Assembly: GCA_964553135.1 (NCBI GenBank)
Contig: CAZKJL010000001.1
Coordinates: 563,946 to 627,945 of the forward strand
Length of the DNA: 64,000 nucleotides
DNA from: an uncultured Candidatus Peribacteria bacterium
GTDB taxonomy: Bacteria; Patescibacteriota; Gracilibacteria; Peribacterales; Peribacteraceae
Direction: 5' to 3'
The notes under the pieces were generated by a model. It made no database searches. It saw only the letters and a program-made list of their open reading frames with translations, and was not told where the DNA came from. This document shows positions 63,471 to 64,000 of the stretch, piece by piece (the first letter of the stretch is position 1; each line of letters opens with the position of its first letter). The position numbers and the translations under genes were made by a program.

Positions 63471-64000
63471 GTGAAGATCGCGTCGCTGTCTCCGGCGGTC
63501 ACGGAAATTCTCTTCGGCATCGAGAGACAGAAGGGGATCGTCTGCGTCGACCAGTTCAGCGACTTCCCGGAAGCTGCCAAAGCGATTCCGCGCCTCAAGG
63601 GACACCAGAACATCGACATCGAAGCGCTTCGCGCGCACGCACCCGATGTCGTCTTCACTTCAACCGTCGTGCAAGAAAAATTGGCGGCGCATCTCAAGGC
63701 CGAAGGATTCGCAGTGATTCACCAAGACCCGCGTTCCGTCGCAGAAATTTACGAATCCATCCGCAGCATCGGAGTGCTCGTCGATGCCGTCCCTCGTGCC
63801 GAGGCGCTCATCGCATCCATGCAGCAGGGGTTCAACGACACCAAGCGCAAAGCAGGTTTACTGCCGCGCAAAGCCAAGATGTACGTGGAAGAGTGGCACA
63901 ATCCGCCGATGGTCAGTGGGAATTGGGTTCCTGAGATCGTGAAGCTCGCTGGTGGAATTTCGTTGGATGTCGGGATTCAGACGAACGGCAAAAATCCTTT
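63471..64000 (+). CDS. ABC transporter periplasmic binding protein, BtuF/FecB-like (partial; runs off the window)
   Basis: My own translation from GTG 63471: VKIASLSPAVTEILFGI...IVCVDQFSDFP...PDVVFTS...YVEEWHNPPMVSGNWVPEIVKLAGG. Open to the window end. Not listed in the ORF track because it has no stop. Confidence 0.65.
   Translation, partial: MKIASLSPAVTEILFGIERQKGIVCVDQFSDFPEAAKAIPRLKGHQNIDIEALRAHAPDVVFTSTVVQEKLAAHLKAEGFAVIHQDPRSVAEIYESIRSIGVLVDAVPRAEALIASMQQGFNDTKRKAGLLPRKAKMYVEEWHNPPMVSGNWVPEIVKLAGGISLDVGIQTNGKNP

Overview
The window is G+C-rich bacterial chromosome in the standard genetic code, interrupted by one foreign element with visibly lower G+C. The host backbone carries translation genes (metG, argS, fmt, rbfA and tRNA-Lys/Arg/Gly/Met/Leu). 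It also carries peptidoglycan genes: a FemAB-like transferase, a DegT aminotransferase, a membrane-anchored MurF, and MurD with an overlapping MurL-like gene. Surface and transport genes include SLH-domain proteins, MgtE, an MFS and an EamA transporter. Three tandem VirB2/TrbC-like small membrane proteins and a separate VirB4-like ATPase suggest a minimal type IV secretion set. Central metabolism is unusual, with an archaeal-type PEP carboxylase and a PPi-type phosphofructokinase. This gene content resembles a reduced, possibly CPR/Patescibacteria-like organism, but that is inference only. Positions 29716-50519 are a roughly 20.8 kb integrative element inserted in the 3' end of tRNA-Met and bounded by an 18-bp direct repeat with one mismatch. 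It has a large serine recombinase at one end and a tyrosine integrase plus an Xis-like HTH at the other. It has a small replication module (primase, SpoVG-like) and no visible virion genes. Its cargo looks like defence or surface functions. The main cargo is a tightly packed minus-strand operon encoding an HTH, a multi-pass membrane protein, a Sel1/trypsin-protease/Cys-rich-repeat protein and a 1033-aa SF1 helicase-PLD nuclease-zinc ribbon fusion that resembles Mokosh type II. Other cargo includes a J-domain/beta-propeller-like protein, an RmuC pair and a TPR protein. The operon is my best candidate for an undescribed system. Host-side observations worth a second look are a family of 9-bp-periodic intergenic repeat arrays (TCYTTGYAN), an AT-rich DnaA-box cluster upstream of argS, and an Mrr-type nuclease cassette flanked by 28-bp direct repeats. 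All product calls come from motif recognition by eye. No database search was run.
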